NCBI RefSeq assembly: GCF_001194135.2
Contig: NC_068988.1
Location: 3,433,245 to 3,497,244, forward strand
DNA from: Octopus bimaculoides
Taxonomy: Eukaryota
Length of the DNA stretch: 64,000 nucleotides
Direction of reading: 5' to 3'
Shown here: piece after piece, positions 49,561-61,560 of the stretch
How positions within the stretch are numbered: position 1 is the first letter of the stretch
Layout of the letters: each line of letters starts with the position of its first letter
The notes under the pieces: generated by a model
Told to the model about the DNA's origin: nothing
The model's database searches: none
The model's input: only the letters and a program-made list of their open reading frames with translations
Translations under genes and position numbers: made by a program

Positions 49561-50839
49561 TGTATGGGGACAGCTGGTAGCTCTTACTGATGTTTGGTTA
49601 ACTGATGCTTCTGTCAGTTAGCCAGTGTGCAAAGACCTGGCAAACCAATGTGATGGAAGAATCCAATGGAGCTTCACGAACATGGCCATCCAGCTGATGA
49701 CTATTGGTTGACATTACTCTAATTAAACAAAATGGATATAATCATTTATTTGATTTCACTTATTTATAATTAATAGAGTGTGAAGAAATGTAAATAATGA
49801 GTATCACATTAATGAGAAACGGAGATAAAAATGGTTATAAAAATGTGCAAACAACTATGGTTTTTTTAATATGTTTTTTGGGAGCTTTTGGCTGAATAGC
49901 TTTATTTCATAGATTTTTGTGGGTGAATTTGATGGATAGAAACTTTCTAGTTTCAATTGAGTTTGAAGTTGCATTGATAACAAAGGAATAGTTACGATTG
50001 ATAACAAAGGAATAGTTTGCATTTTATCTGCCCCAGATCAACATTTATCATCCAAGGTGTTTTGATATCATCATCATAATTTTTGTAAAAATCAATACCA
50101 TTGTTCTTGTCATTGCCATCATCATCATCGTCATCATTGTCACAGTCCTCATCATGATCCTCCTCTTCATCATCATCATCGTCATCATCATCATCACCAC
50201 CACCATCGTCATCACCTGTATCCCTGTACTTGCATGCGTTTGATGGATCTTCTCCACTTCATCATCTTGTCATTTGTTACAGTCCCTTCTAAGCCACTTC
50301 ATGAAGGTCATCACTCAGACATCATCCTTCGCCACAACATCCCAATGTTTTCTTCTTCCACTGCTACATTCTACCTGAATCACTGCCATTTTATTGCCCA
50401 GCTCTTGTACTTCATACACATGTCCACAGCAAACCAGTTTCCTACACAATATACTTGATTCTTCTTAATGTTTTTCTCCACCCAAATTTAATCTGTGCTT
50501 TGTTATCAGATGCACTAATATTATGCATATATAGTGAGAGAGAGAGAGAAAGGGAGAGAGAGAGAGAGAAAGAGAGAACATGCTCACTGAATTTCTTCAG
50601 TGTCATCATACATGCTCTCATAAAACCCATTTGTTATCACCATGCAATATCACACTTTGATTTGGGTGGAGGATATATCAACATATATCATCTTATCACT
50701 GACAAGTTAAATCTGTCCTGATCCTCAGTAATCATGTTTACAACTTGATATTACATTCATTATGAATGCTGGATACCATATACATATATGGATACATAAG
50801 CACACATACACACAAAAACAAACACACACACACAAATAC

Positions 50840-50874
<35 letters not shown>

Positions 50875-50960
50875 CATACATATATATATAATATAATTTT
50901 TCTGAATCTTCAGATTTTTCAATATGCTAGGCCACTGGTTTTAAATTGATATTAATTAAA

Positions 50961-51002
50961 TATTGGATAATTCCAGATCCTGGGATCTGGAATTATCCAA
51001 TA
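50961..51002. repeat. Perfect 20-bp inverted repeat with 2-nt loop
   Basis: tattggataattccagatcc-tg-ggatctggaattatccaata. Confidence 0.95.
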
Positions 51003-51331
51003 ATTTTTTGCTAGTCTATTTTGTCTCTTTTTCTTCTCTCCTGGTGCTGTCTGAACTATTAATGTGGTTCTAGAGTCAAATTTTGACTGCTAATCTAGCA
51101 TGCTAGTATCTTTTAGATATCCTTAATTATANNNNNNNNNNNNNNNNNNNNNNNNNNNNNNNNNNNNNNNNNNNNNNNNNNNNNNNNNNNNNNNNNNNNN
51201 NNNNNNNNNNNNNNNNNNNNNNNNNNNNNNNNNNNNNNNNNNNNNNNNNNNNNTATATACATATATATATATACATATACATACATACACATACATACAT
51301 ACATACATACATACATACATACATACATACA

Positions 51332-51367
<36 letters not shown>

Positions 51368-51395
51368 TCTATATATATTCATATATATAGACTCA

Positions 51396-51679
51396 GTCTG
51401 ACCAAAGCCTTGTGAGTGTATGTGGTAGATAGAAAATGAAAGAAACCTGTCGTATATAAATATATATATGTATGCGTATCTTTGTTTGTCTCCCCACCAT
51501 CGCTTGACAACCGATGTTGGTGTGTTTATGTCCATGTAACTTAGTGGTTCAGTAGAAGAGACCGATAGGATAAGTACCAGGCTTACAAAGAATGAGTCCT
51601 GGGGTCGATTTGCTCGACTAAAGGCGGTGCTCCAGCATGGTTCCAGTCAAATAACTGAAACAAGTAACAGAATAAAAGA

Positions 51680-51680
<1 letters not shown>
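51396..51680 (+). mobile_element. SINE family B, 5'-truncated
   Basis: accaaagccttgtgagtg...ctaaaggcggtgctccagcatgg...ctgaaacaagtaa. Confidence 0.88.
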
Positions 51681-51719
<39 letters not shown>

Positions 51720-51779
51720 TTATACTACTCCCTCCTCCTAGCTGAAGGGGCAGTCTTTGTCTTGCAAATTAATTGGTAA

Positions 51780-52013
51780 CCCTGTTGATACTGGTGTCAC
51801 ATAAAAAAGCCTTGGTGCTGGTGCCACAATAAAAGCACCCAATACACTCTATAAAGTGGTTGGCATTAGGAAGGGCACCCAACCACGGAAACCATGCCGA
51901 AACTGATAACTGCAGCCTGGTGTGGCTCCTGGCCTTACCAGTTTTCAGTCAAATCATCCAACCCATGACAGCATGGAAAACAGACATTTGATGATGACGA
52001 TGATGATGATGAT
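51780..52013 (+). mobile_element. RTE-derived 3' tail
   Basis: aaaagcacccaatacactc...ttaggaagggcaccc...gatgatgacgatgat. Confidence 0.82.
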
Positions 52014-52273
52014 ATGTATGTATGCATGTATGTATTTGTGAATAGATGAATAAGAGAAAATGGATTGAGAGACATTCCTTATTTTATTTCACTCCAATTG
52101 TTTCCTTGCATCATCAGCTCTGTGGTACAATGGTGGAGATGATATACAAAGGTGTAAAATGTCTTTCTTCAGGTGATTATCTTAAATAGGCTCTTCATTA
52201 GAGCAAACTGCCATTTTATCATGTACAATACTATATATATATATATATATATACCCGTCAGAGTGTAAGTATC

Positions 52274-53026
52274 TTGAGAGAAAAGCTGAACATTAGAAGC
52301 ATCAGTTGTGGCGTGCAAGAGAGACGATTGCGCTGGTATGGACATGTGGTGAGAATGGAGGAGGATAGCTGCATGAAAAAGTGCCACACCCTAACAGTTG
52401 AGGGAACCCGTGGAAGAGGTAGGCCCAGGAAGACCTGGGCTGAGGTGGTGAGGCAAGACCTTCGTACATTGGGCCNNNNNNNNNNNNNNNNNNNNNNNNN
52501 NNNNNNNNNNNNNNNNNNNNNNNNNNNNNNNNNNNNNNNNNNNNNNNNNNNNNNNNNNNNNNNNNNNNNNNNNNNNNNNNNNNNNNNNNNNNNNNNNNNN
52601 NNNNNNNNNNNNNNNNNNNNNNNNNNNNNNNNNNNNNNNNNNNNNNNNNNNNNNNNNNNNNNNNNGCCAGTGCCCCTGGACTGGTTCTTGTGCGGGTGGC
52701 ACATGAGATGCACCATTTTGAGCGTGGCCGTTGCCAGTACCGCCTGACTGGCTCCTGTAGGATTTTCGAGCGAGATCGTTGCCAGTGCCCCTGGACTGGC
52801 TTGTGCGGGTGGCACATAAAAGACACCATTTCGAGCGTGGCCGTTTTCGTGCGGGTGACACGTAAAAGCACCCACTACACTCTCTGAGTGGTTGGCGTTA
52901 GGAAGGGCATCCAGCTGTAGAAACCTTGCCAGATCAGATTGGAGTCTGGTGCAGCCTACTGGCTTGCCAGTCAAACTGTTCAACCCATGCCAGCATGGAA
53001 AGTGGACATTAAACGATGATGATGAT
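52274..53026 (+). mobile_element. Young 5'-truncated RTE LINE (ORF end, gap, 3' UTR)
   Basis: LREKLNIRSISCGVQERRLRWYGHVVRMEEDSCMKKCHTLTVEGTRGRGRPRKTWAEVVRQDLRTLG with no stops, CpG retained, ending in (GAT)n. Confidence 0.93.
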
Positions 53027-53231
53027 TTGTTTCTTTCTCTCTGGATTTTTCATCTTTCCTCCTTCAGACAAAGAGCTATGCTTGAAATGCCAGACACAAA
53101 CTCCTTTCCCACCTTAAACTTTCTTTGACTCTCCTCAATCTTGTACATTCACTGAGTACATTCTTTTGGCCTTTGCTGCTTTTCTTGTTTCTGTTTTTGA
53201 TTTGCCTACACACACACACACACGCACGCAC

Positions 53232-53272
<41 letters not shown>

Positions 53273-54712
53273 CACATACACACACACACATTTATATACA
53301 TATACATATTTCTTGGAGGACAGAAAGAGAGACTAAAAACTGTGGTACCATATGAAACAGTGGGTTGGAGTAGTAATACAAAGGTGCCGGGTGACTTGGC
53401 AAGGTGTGCTGGTTTCAAGCAGTTTTTTTGTGATCCCCAACCAAACCAAATGTTTTTGTTTAAACATACACTAAATATGTAACGAGACATAATACGTGAG
53501 TGCTAACCTATAAAGATACTTTAAGCTTATAAACTAAAACATGTGTATGTATATATTTGTGTATGCCTATGTGCTTGTGTACATTATAAGGTGATTCTAA
53601 ACAGTTCAGCTCATCTAACTCTTCAGATTTTCAGATAATGTTACTGCACTCCTGTCCTTTGGCAAATCTCTCCTTCATCCAGTAGAGTCTGTGACACTAA
53701 AGTTATGCATTGACCCTTTAAGTGTTCTTGAGGCATTAATATTTTACATTATATGTGCCTGTGTGCATATGTATTCATACAAAAACCTGGTGAAGGACTG
53801 GGAGTTTTTGCATGTGCATGGTTATACATGTGTGTGTATAAATAATTTCTAACATGAATTTGAAGCCTAAGGGGCCACGTGCATTAAGGAATAAGATAGG
53901 GAAAGTGGACAGTTACAATCTTCCATTTGAAATATTTCTAACTGTGAATCTATAAACCTTCAGGATCAGGCTTTCACTAAAACCTTGCGTTAATGCAGAT
54001 GGTATCATTGGGTAAGAGAGGAATAACAATTCTAGAGATAAGTTTTCAACTGAAATCATTTTATATATCAGCAACTCTTTCAACAGATTCGGTGTCAGTA
54101 CCTCTGAAATGAAACTGGGTGTTAGCAAAAGAAAATTACTTCAGCTGAAACGCTTGAGGCAAAAGTGGATCAGTCACGAATCACAGTTATATATGAAACC
54201 TGCAATTATTTTCAGCTGTATTCTTTCATCACAGGAAACAAAATTTCAATACTTGTGTCATACCAACCACTAACAATTCAATTCCATTGATAATATAAAA
54301 AGTACACAATTCACTCACTTTAAGTCAAGGTCATTCTCCAGAGTCTATATTCTTCAACTCGTCATTCAGTTTCTTGAATTCAAAAGCGAATTAAGCAGAA
54401 GCATGTGGAATTGATAAGAATGGTTTCTCACAAAGCTCATTGTATTTAGAATACATTTTGATTTTTAGGTCAACTTCAACATTTCTTGTTAGGTTATTCC
54501 ATTACAGACTGTCTTATAAATGATCATCTCTCTCTCTCTCTCTCTCCCTCTCTCACTTCCTCTCTCTCTCTTTACCTTTCTTTCTGCTTGTCAATTAAAT
54601 CAACTGATTCTCACAGAACTTCTGTTCACATCCTTGCAAATAACTCTACACAGCATTCATCCCTTTCCAGCAGTTGCTCTCAGGCTTCAAACAAACAGAC
54701 ACACACACAAAG

Positions 54713-54719
<7 letters not shown>

Positions 54720-54768
<49 letters not shown>
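54720..54768. repeat. (CT)n microsatellite
   Basis: Direct reading. Confidence 0.95.
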
Positions 54769-54772
<4 letters not shown>

Positions 54773-55054
54773 ACACTCACATTTGTAAAATCTTTTAAAT
54801 CCTGTGATTAGTATGAGACAACTTAGTCTCATAAAGCCTTATTAAAATACAAATTTGTTTTGAATAAGAACTTTTTATTATTTCATTGAGAGAGATCTTC
54901 TGTAGTTGAATACTCTTCCTGTTACACAGCATCATCTGTTTCCAAGCAATATAATATTTCCCCATGAACAAATATGTCTACATAGAAGACCAGAAATGAA
55001 CGACACCACTTGGATGAGGGTGACACTTGTTTACAACTGCCATTCAATGTCAAG

Positions 55055-55083
55055 GTGAACTAATCCAGGTAGGATTAGTTCAC
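55055..55083. repeat. Perfect 12-bp hairpin
   Basis: gtgaactaatcc-aggta-ggattagttcac. Confidence 0.9.
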
Positions 55084-55656
55084 AATTTGAACTGATGTCA
55101 TTCAAGCTAGATGTTGAGTATTTTATTGACTTAGCAGTTGCGAGATGAATATTTTAAGCATGCAGCATGAACCGATATGATTGGTACAGAGAGTAAGGAA
55201 GGACTACAAGATCCTGGGATCTTTGAATGTTTTCTGAAGTTAAGCATTCAGATTTATTTAATGTAGGGAACTAGGGAGGAGAAAACTGTGCAGTGAGAGA
55301 GAGAGAGAGAGAAACAGAAAGTGTATGTGTGTATTTGTGTGCATGACCTACATTGGACTCCTCATTTGCATAATCACCAAACCTGGAGCTGTCCATAGCA
55401 CTTACTCAGCATTACCTGACACCTTTGGGTCTTCTTGACACCATTACCTCTCATAACCTATATATATTATATATCTATCTATATATATATATGATATATC
55501 TACTCAAAATGTATCACTTCAACTTGGTATCTCTACCTATAAAACGGGTGTGATATCCTGGTTTTTTGTGTAATTTTTGCTACCCATGGTAACTATTAAC
55601 ATATTTACATTGTCAAAGGTTTTTTTAAACTGAGATAATATTAATATATACATAAA

Positions 55657-55687
<31 letters not shown>

Positions 55688-56054
55688 CATAAGAATAATA
55701 ATAACAATAAAAAAATTATAAGCAAATAATAATAAAATCAAAACTGTGAACCAGAAAGGCTTTGAAATTATGAAAATTTTACTGTAAAAATAATTAGGGC
55801 AGAAAATTTTTTCAAACTTTTCATACAGGTGGCTAGCATTGTGTAATAAAGTCAATGGAAATATTTTAAAACATGTTTTTTGACTTTTATTACACATGCT
55901 AGCCATTCTCCACTCTTTTTGTTCATTACCAGAAGGCGGAGCTTTCTGTCACATCTCCCAGCATGAGCACAACCATTCTTCACTCTTTTCTTCTCACTTC
56001 AATGGCTGTAAGCATCCTTCATACTGACCTAGCAGGGAATCCCTTATGGCCAAA

Positions 56055-56092
<38 letters not shown>

Positions 56093-56572
56093 CTGTCCCT
56101 TTGGCTTGGCGTCATGTGATCGCTGTAAATAAATGTGTCCTTTATTCCATGAAAACATGTCTGGTTGTAGTGAAATATTACCTTACTTGGAAACTGGTGA
56201 AGACTGGCAACAAGAAGCTAATCCAGCTGAAGAAAAATCTGCTTCCACAAATTACATCTGACCCATACAATCATGGAAAGTTACTGCCAAAGCAATGATG
56301 ATGCTGGTATACAGAGGATAGGCTTCATTCAATTTCTGTCAACTAAATCCACCTGCAATGCTTTTGTTTGGTCTGGGACTACAACAGAAGAGACTTGACC
56401 AAGGAGGCACACTGTGGGACTGAACCCATATCCATGCAGTTGGGAAGCAAATTTCACTTAACCTCATGCACATAAATACACAGACACACATACATCCATA
56501 CACACACACATACACATACATACATAGATACATACATATATAAATAAACACATATATAATACATATATAATA

Positions 56573-56622
<50 letters not shown>

Positions 56623-57804
56623 TGAATACCTGCAGGGAAAATGATTTGAAAAGACATTTCTTATAACAATGATGCTGATGGACCTAACTATTAATGTGAA
56701 ACTATGTACACCAGTTTCTTGTGTTGGTGGGAATCACTAAATTTATAGAAGAGAAACCATGACCACTTGTGTAACTGAGAATGTTAAACCTTTACGTCCT
56801 TAATGCAAATGTTGTGCATTGGACTTGCTCAGTTTGATAAAGTTTTCTACAATGTGGAAACATTGTGTAGCTCCACTTTGAACTTCAGCAACGCTTTCAA
56901 TATCTTTGATCAGAGAAAAAAAAAAATTAACTGGTAAATGCATATTCATGGCAGTGTTTTGCAGTTGTATAGAAACGATTTGCTCTGCATGTGTAGTAAA
57001 TGGGAAAGTCCTTCATATCAGTCCGACTATATTTGGTTCGTTTGATCTGTTGGAACCATGAAAAATGTAGATTTCCCAATTGTTATTTTGATCTACATAA
57101 ACATCTAAATCTTCCTCTGTAGATGATATTTTAGTGTTTTTCACTTTCGAAGGTGTTAATTAAAGTTTGATCAGATACTGCTGGTGAGTTTACTGTTAAT
57201 CTATAATTGTGGTTCTTTACAAGTAGGTAAGAATTAATGGAGAGATGTAGTTGAGCCTATCGCTGTGTTAGATCACAAAATACTACCCAAGTGGTCAGTG
57301 TGGTTTGCATATTTCTAAGCAGGTTGCTGGAGCATGGCTGTAAACCTTCGAAGGCTTTTGATACCAATAAAGAAATTAATGTTTAAGGAAATTCAAACAC
57401 TTTGCTCTATATCTATGCACATGTATAGGCACAGACATGGCTGTGTGATCAGGAAGTTTGCTTTGTAACCATGTGGCTTTGGGTTCAGTCCCAAAACACA
57501 CTCACAGACGTGTGTGTGTATGCATATGTGAGTGTGTGCACATGAATCATCATTGTCGTCATTTTACATTCACGCTCCATATATGGGCATGGGTTGGATG
57601 GGTTGACAGGAGCTGTTAAGCCAGAGGACTATACCAAACTTTGCTGCCTGCCTTGGCAGGGTCTCTTCAATGAGATACTCTTCTCAATGTCAATATATAT
57701 TCATCTGCATTGACCACATAACACCTCATAAGAGATACGGTGCTGAGCTTGATATTTCTTGTTGACATCGTAATCAGTCACACTCTGTTTCCAAAGATCT
57801 CTGT

Positions 57805-58180
57805 TTGCTTCCCAACCACATGATTCCAGGTTCAGTCCCACCACGTGGCACCTTGCACAAGCATCTTCTACTATATAGCCTTGTGCCGACCAAAGCCTTC
57901 TGATTAGATATAGTGGACAGAAGCTAAAAGAAACCCATCTTATATATAAAGGCGTGTGTGTGTGTTTGTACCCCCCCCCCCGTCACCACTTGACAACCAG
58001 TGTTGCTGTGTTTATGTCCCTGTTACACAGTAGTTCAACAAAAGGGTCTGACAGAATATGCACTAGGCTTAAAAAGTAAGCACTGGGGTCGATTCTTCTG
58101 ACTAAAATTCTTCAAGGCGGTGCCCCAGCAGGGTCATGGCCTAATGACTGAAACAAGTAAAAGAATAAAAGATTAAAAGA
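57805..58180 (+). mobile_element. SINE family B
   Basis: ttgcttcccaaccacatg...ggttcagtccc...ctgaaacaagtaaaaga. Confidence 0.88.
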
Positions 58181-60371
58181 ATGCGTCTGTTTAAATTTGT
58201 TTTACCAGAACAATTTAAGTTCGATGATATTTTACAAATTAATGTTACAACTGTTCCAAACTACCTGCAATAGCAGTTATGTATATCTGAAGATATTAAT
58301 TGTCCATTAACTAACATCACATGATTCCATCCTCGATAACTTTCAACATGAGGGCTGTTGGATTTTTCTTTAATTTGTTAAAGAATGGCTTTTTATTCAA
58401 TTACAGTATAGGGATTTGAACCTCAACTGCCAGATATTCAGTTAGAGAGAGAGAGTCACCACAGTTTCAAGTGATTAATCTATAAAACAATCAATCTGTC
58501 TGAGGCTGTGGTTTGATATGGCTTCTTGGATGGTATAAAATTTGTACCCCCTTTTCACCCTATAGAACATGTTTGTACTTTAATCAGCAAACAGTCTTGA
58601 GTATTTGAGCAGATAGCCTTGGGTATTCATGCAGACCATGTTGGACACCCGTGGAAAGTAGATCGCTAAGACCAGACCACCTCAGACACTTGATAGACCA
58701 CATTGAGCAAGAAATGACTTGAGACACTCACACACTTCTACAGATACAGTGAGGTACTCTCTTCCCACAGTAAATCATGTCCCGCAATAAAGTTAAATGT
58801 TCATGAGTTGCTTCATTTGTTCTTCACACATCCAGCTGAACCATACAGTGATGGTCATCAAGACTAAACACATCCTACTTCACGACCACCACAACATAGC
58901 ACCCACAGGTCATCGGTCACTATTTTCATGACAACAGCTGAGAGAAGCTGGAAAAATCTTTTATAAACTGTAGTTTCAGAGAGTTCTTAAACGGAATATT
59001 GTCTCAGTCAAATCAGTTATATGTGGAGATGCATCGGAGTTTAGTGATGGCAGCAGCAGTTGGTTTATATTATTTTTTATTTCTCTTGAGGCAGATTTTG
59101 GCTGGTTCTCAGTGTTTTGAGAAGATTAATTAGCATCATGAGAGTGTGAGCAACAACTACTACTTATGGTAGCCATTTCTATTTTCGCAAAGATGCTTGT
59201 TGTCAAAGTGGTTTTGTTGTAAAATAGATTAGGTTTGGGTGAACTTTGTCTCAGTTCTGCTTTAGCCATTTCCTATAGCTGATAGAAGGGTCATGTTGGG
59301 GGTATTTTCATAGAAGAGAAGTAGATCTTGATTTAATTGCAAAGACCAAGTGGTGTAAGAATGAATATATATATGGGTGCATGTATGTATGCCAAGGCTG
59401 TTGGTAAGAGATATTCATTGTGTGTCATGGTGAAATGCATATTGGTCACAGTTGATGCAGTATGATGGCACCAAACCTAAAACCACATTCTTGTGAACCA
59501 AACTTTCTAACCACACCACCATACTTGAACACATACTTTATTTGTATTTTTGTATCTATTTTTGATGCAGCTTGGAGAGAAATTGCTTTGGTAAACCAAG
59601 AACTTTTCTCGTAGTTACAAATGTTTTGGATTTGAATGTCTTTTCTACTCAATCATGGAATATACTTGTATCTTAACTTTTCTTCTTTTTCACTGTCAAG
59701 CACACACTAAAATATGTAAGCTTAAATCTGTGGCAATGATTGTAATGTTTAAACTAATAACAGGTGTTTATGAATTATCTTCATTTGGCAGCTTTTATGT
59801 CTCCCTGAAACCAGAAATCAATCCAAAGAATATATCAATAAATGTTTATAACTAGGTCTAGTTCTACAAACCACAGCATTGGCACAATCACACAAACATA
59901 TAAGAAGTGAACAGCTTCTTATAGATACGTTTGATAAAGATACATTCAGTGTTGCTGTACAATAGACCCCATATTTAAACAGAGAAGTGTATAAATGTTA
60001 GAGGAAAGACATTAATAAATTAATTTCAGGCATTCACTCCTTTCAGTATTCTTCCATAAATAAGGCTCAGTGAATACATAAGAATTATGTAAATATTCTA
60101 TATTGCAAAATAATCACCAAACTACATTCTCTGAAATTGTATTTCAATTTTCCTACTTTTCCATGTATTCATTACCTTACTTATCATTATAGACTCTTAC
60201 TAAACTATTAATACAGATTAGTTTTCAAATGATGAAGACAAATTCAGTACCAGATTTCTATAATCCTTGAAATAAATTTCAGCAGATACAGATTCCACAC
60301 ATAAACACAAAGTTCCTCATTTTCAGAGAAGCAAATATCAACCAAAGAACTGTCAATATTTGATTCCATTT

Positions 60372-60904
60372 ATTCTTTTACTTTTTTTGGTGATTGGATT
60401 GCACTTGCCCGTGCTGGAGCAAGCACTCAAGCATTTAGTTAAACAATTTGACACCTGTACTTTTATATTAAGTCTAGCACTTATTCCATTTGTCTCTGGT
60501 ACTGAACTGGTAAATTAGGGATGTAAGCAAACCAACACTGGTTGTCAAGCAGTGGGGGAGGGTAAGCACAAAGACACTCAGGATGGCATTAAGCAGGGTA
60601 TCCAGCTGTGGAAAACTATGCCAAAACAGACACTGGAGCTTGACATAGTCCTCTGGCTTGTCAAATCCTGTTGCACCAGAAGACAGGCATTAAATGATGG
60701 TAGTGATGATGATAATGATGATGATGGTGGTGGTGGTGGTGGTGGTGGTGGTATTCATGGGCTTCCACACAGTTTCTGTGTATCAAATTCACACACAAAG
60801 TATTGGCAAGCTCAGGGCTAAACATTGTTCAAGATGCCATGCAGTGGGACTGAACCCAGAACCACATGGTTGGGAAGCAAACTTCTTAACCACACAGCCA
60901 CGCC
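60372..60904 (-). mobile_element. SINE family B (minus) interrupted by a + strand RTE-tail element at about 60581-60752
   Basis: Family B halves flank ggcattaagcagggtatccagctgtgg...ttaaatgatggtagtgatgat. Confidence 0.7.
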
Positions 60905-61069
60905 AGTCCCTATACAGGTATTTTTATTTGTTTATTTTTTCCTAATGAGTTCATCAAAAGAAGAAGCGTGACCCCTGCACACATTTAAAGCCTCCAAGGG
61001 GAAGAGAAAGGCAGGAAGTTGTATTCTGCTCCAAGTTTTAATATCCCTTACACTTTGGGTTCAATTCCA

Positions 61070-61247
61070 GATGAAAAAAATCAGCACACACTCTGACTTT
61101 ATTGCTCCTTTTTTTAACGAACACAGTTAGTGCTGCCCATTTAAAATATTCCACTTTTTGGATAACCCCAATTTTTCCCAATCTCTCTAAGTCTATCTGT
61201 TCTAACACTGTGAGCAGTGCTGTTCGTTTTTGTTTGAATATCAGCAT
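61070..61247 (-). pseudogene. Ty3/Gypsy LTR-retrotransposon RT N-terminal fragment
   Basis: FKQKRT...LEQIDLERLGKIGVIQKVEYFKWAALTVFVKKRSNKVRVCADF matches the Gypsy pattern ELERL...GVI..V.YS.WA.P.V.VKK....R.C.D. Confidence 0.82.
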
Positions 61248-61289
61248 TTTCTTATACTTGAAACTATGCCTTCATTTTGACACACAGAA

Positions 61290-61560
61290 CCCCAAGCACA
61301 GTAAACTGCCTGAAGTCTCGGCTCCTTGTTATCTCCTCTGTGAAACCCAAAGTCTGAAGGTCCTTTCCCACCACTTCAATCCACTTCTTCTTGGGTATAC
61401 CCCTTCCATATGCTCCTTCTTCAATTAGAGATTGACACCTCTTTATGCAGCTGTTCTCAACCGTACACATCACCTCACTACTCCAGCAGAGTCTTTTCTC
61501 TTGCACAATACATCTGATGCCTTGTATACCCAATTTTTCACTCAGATTGCCAGTAAATGT
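61290..61560 (-). pseudogene. Degenerate RTE ORF C-terminus
   Basis: KLGIQGIRCIVQEKRLCW...ENSCIKRCQSLIEEGAYGRGIPKKKWIEVVGKDLQTLGFTEEIT. Confidence 0.85.

Noticed and set aside
49973-50017. 21-bp direct repeat with 24-bp period (a similar short duplication lies at about 26297-26345)
   Set aside because: These are ordinary local slippage duplications with no further structure.
52092-52120. Minus-strand CTGATGA-tgcaag-GAAA-caattg hammerhead look-alike
   Set aside because: There is no stem II, and G follows helix III instead of the required UH.
56700-57350. Possible minus-strand LINE APE endonuclease relic
   Set aside because: Only vague motif echoes with many stops; not supportable by eye.
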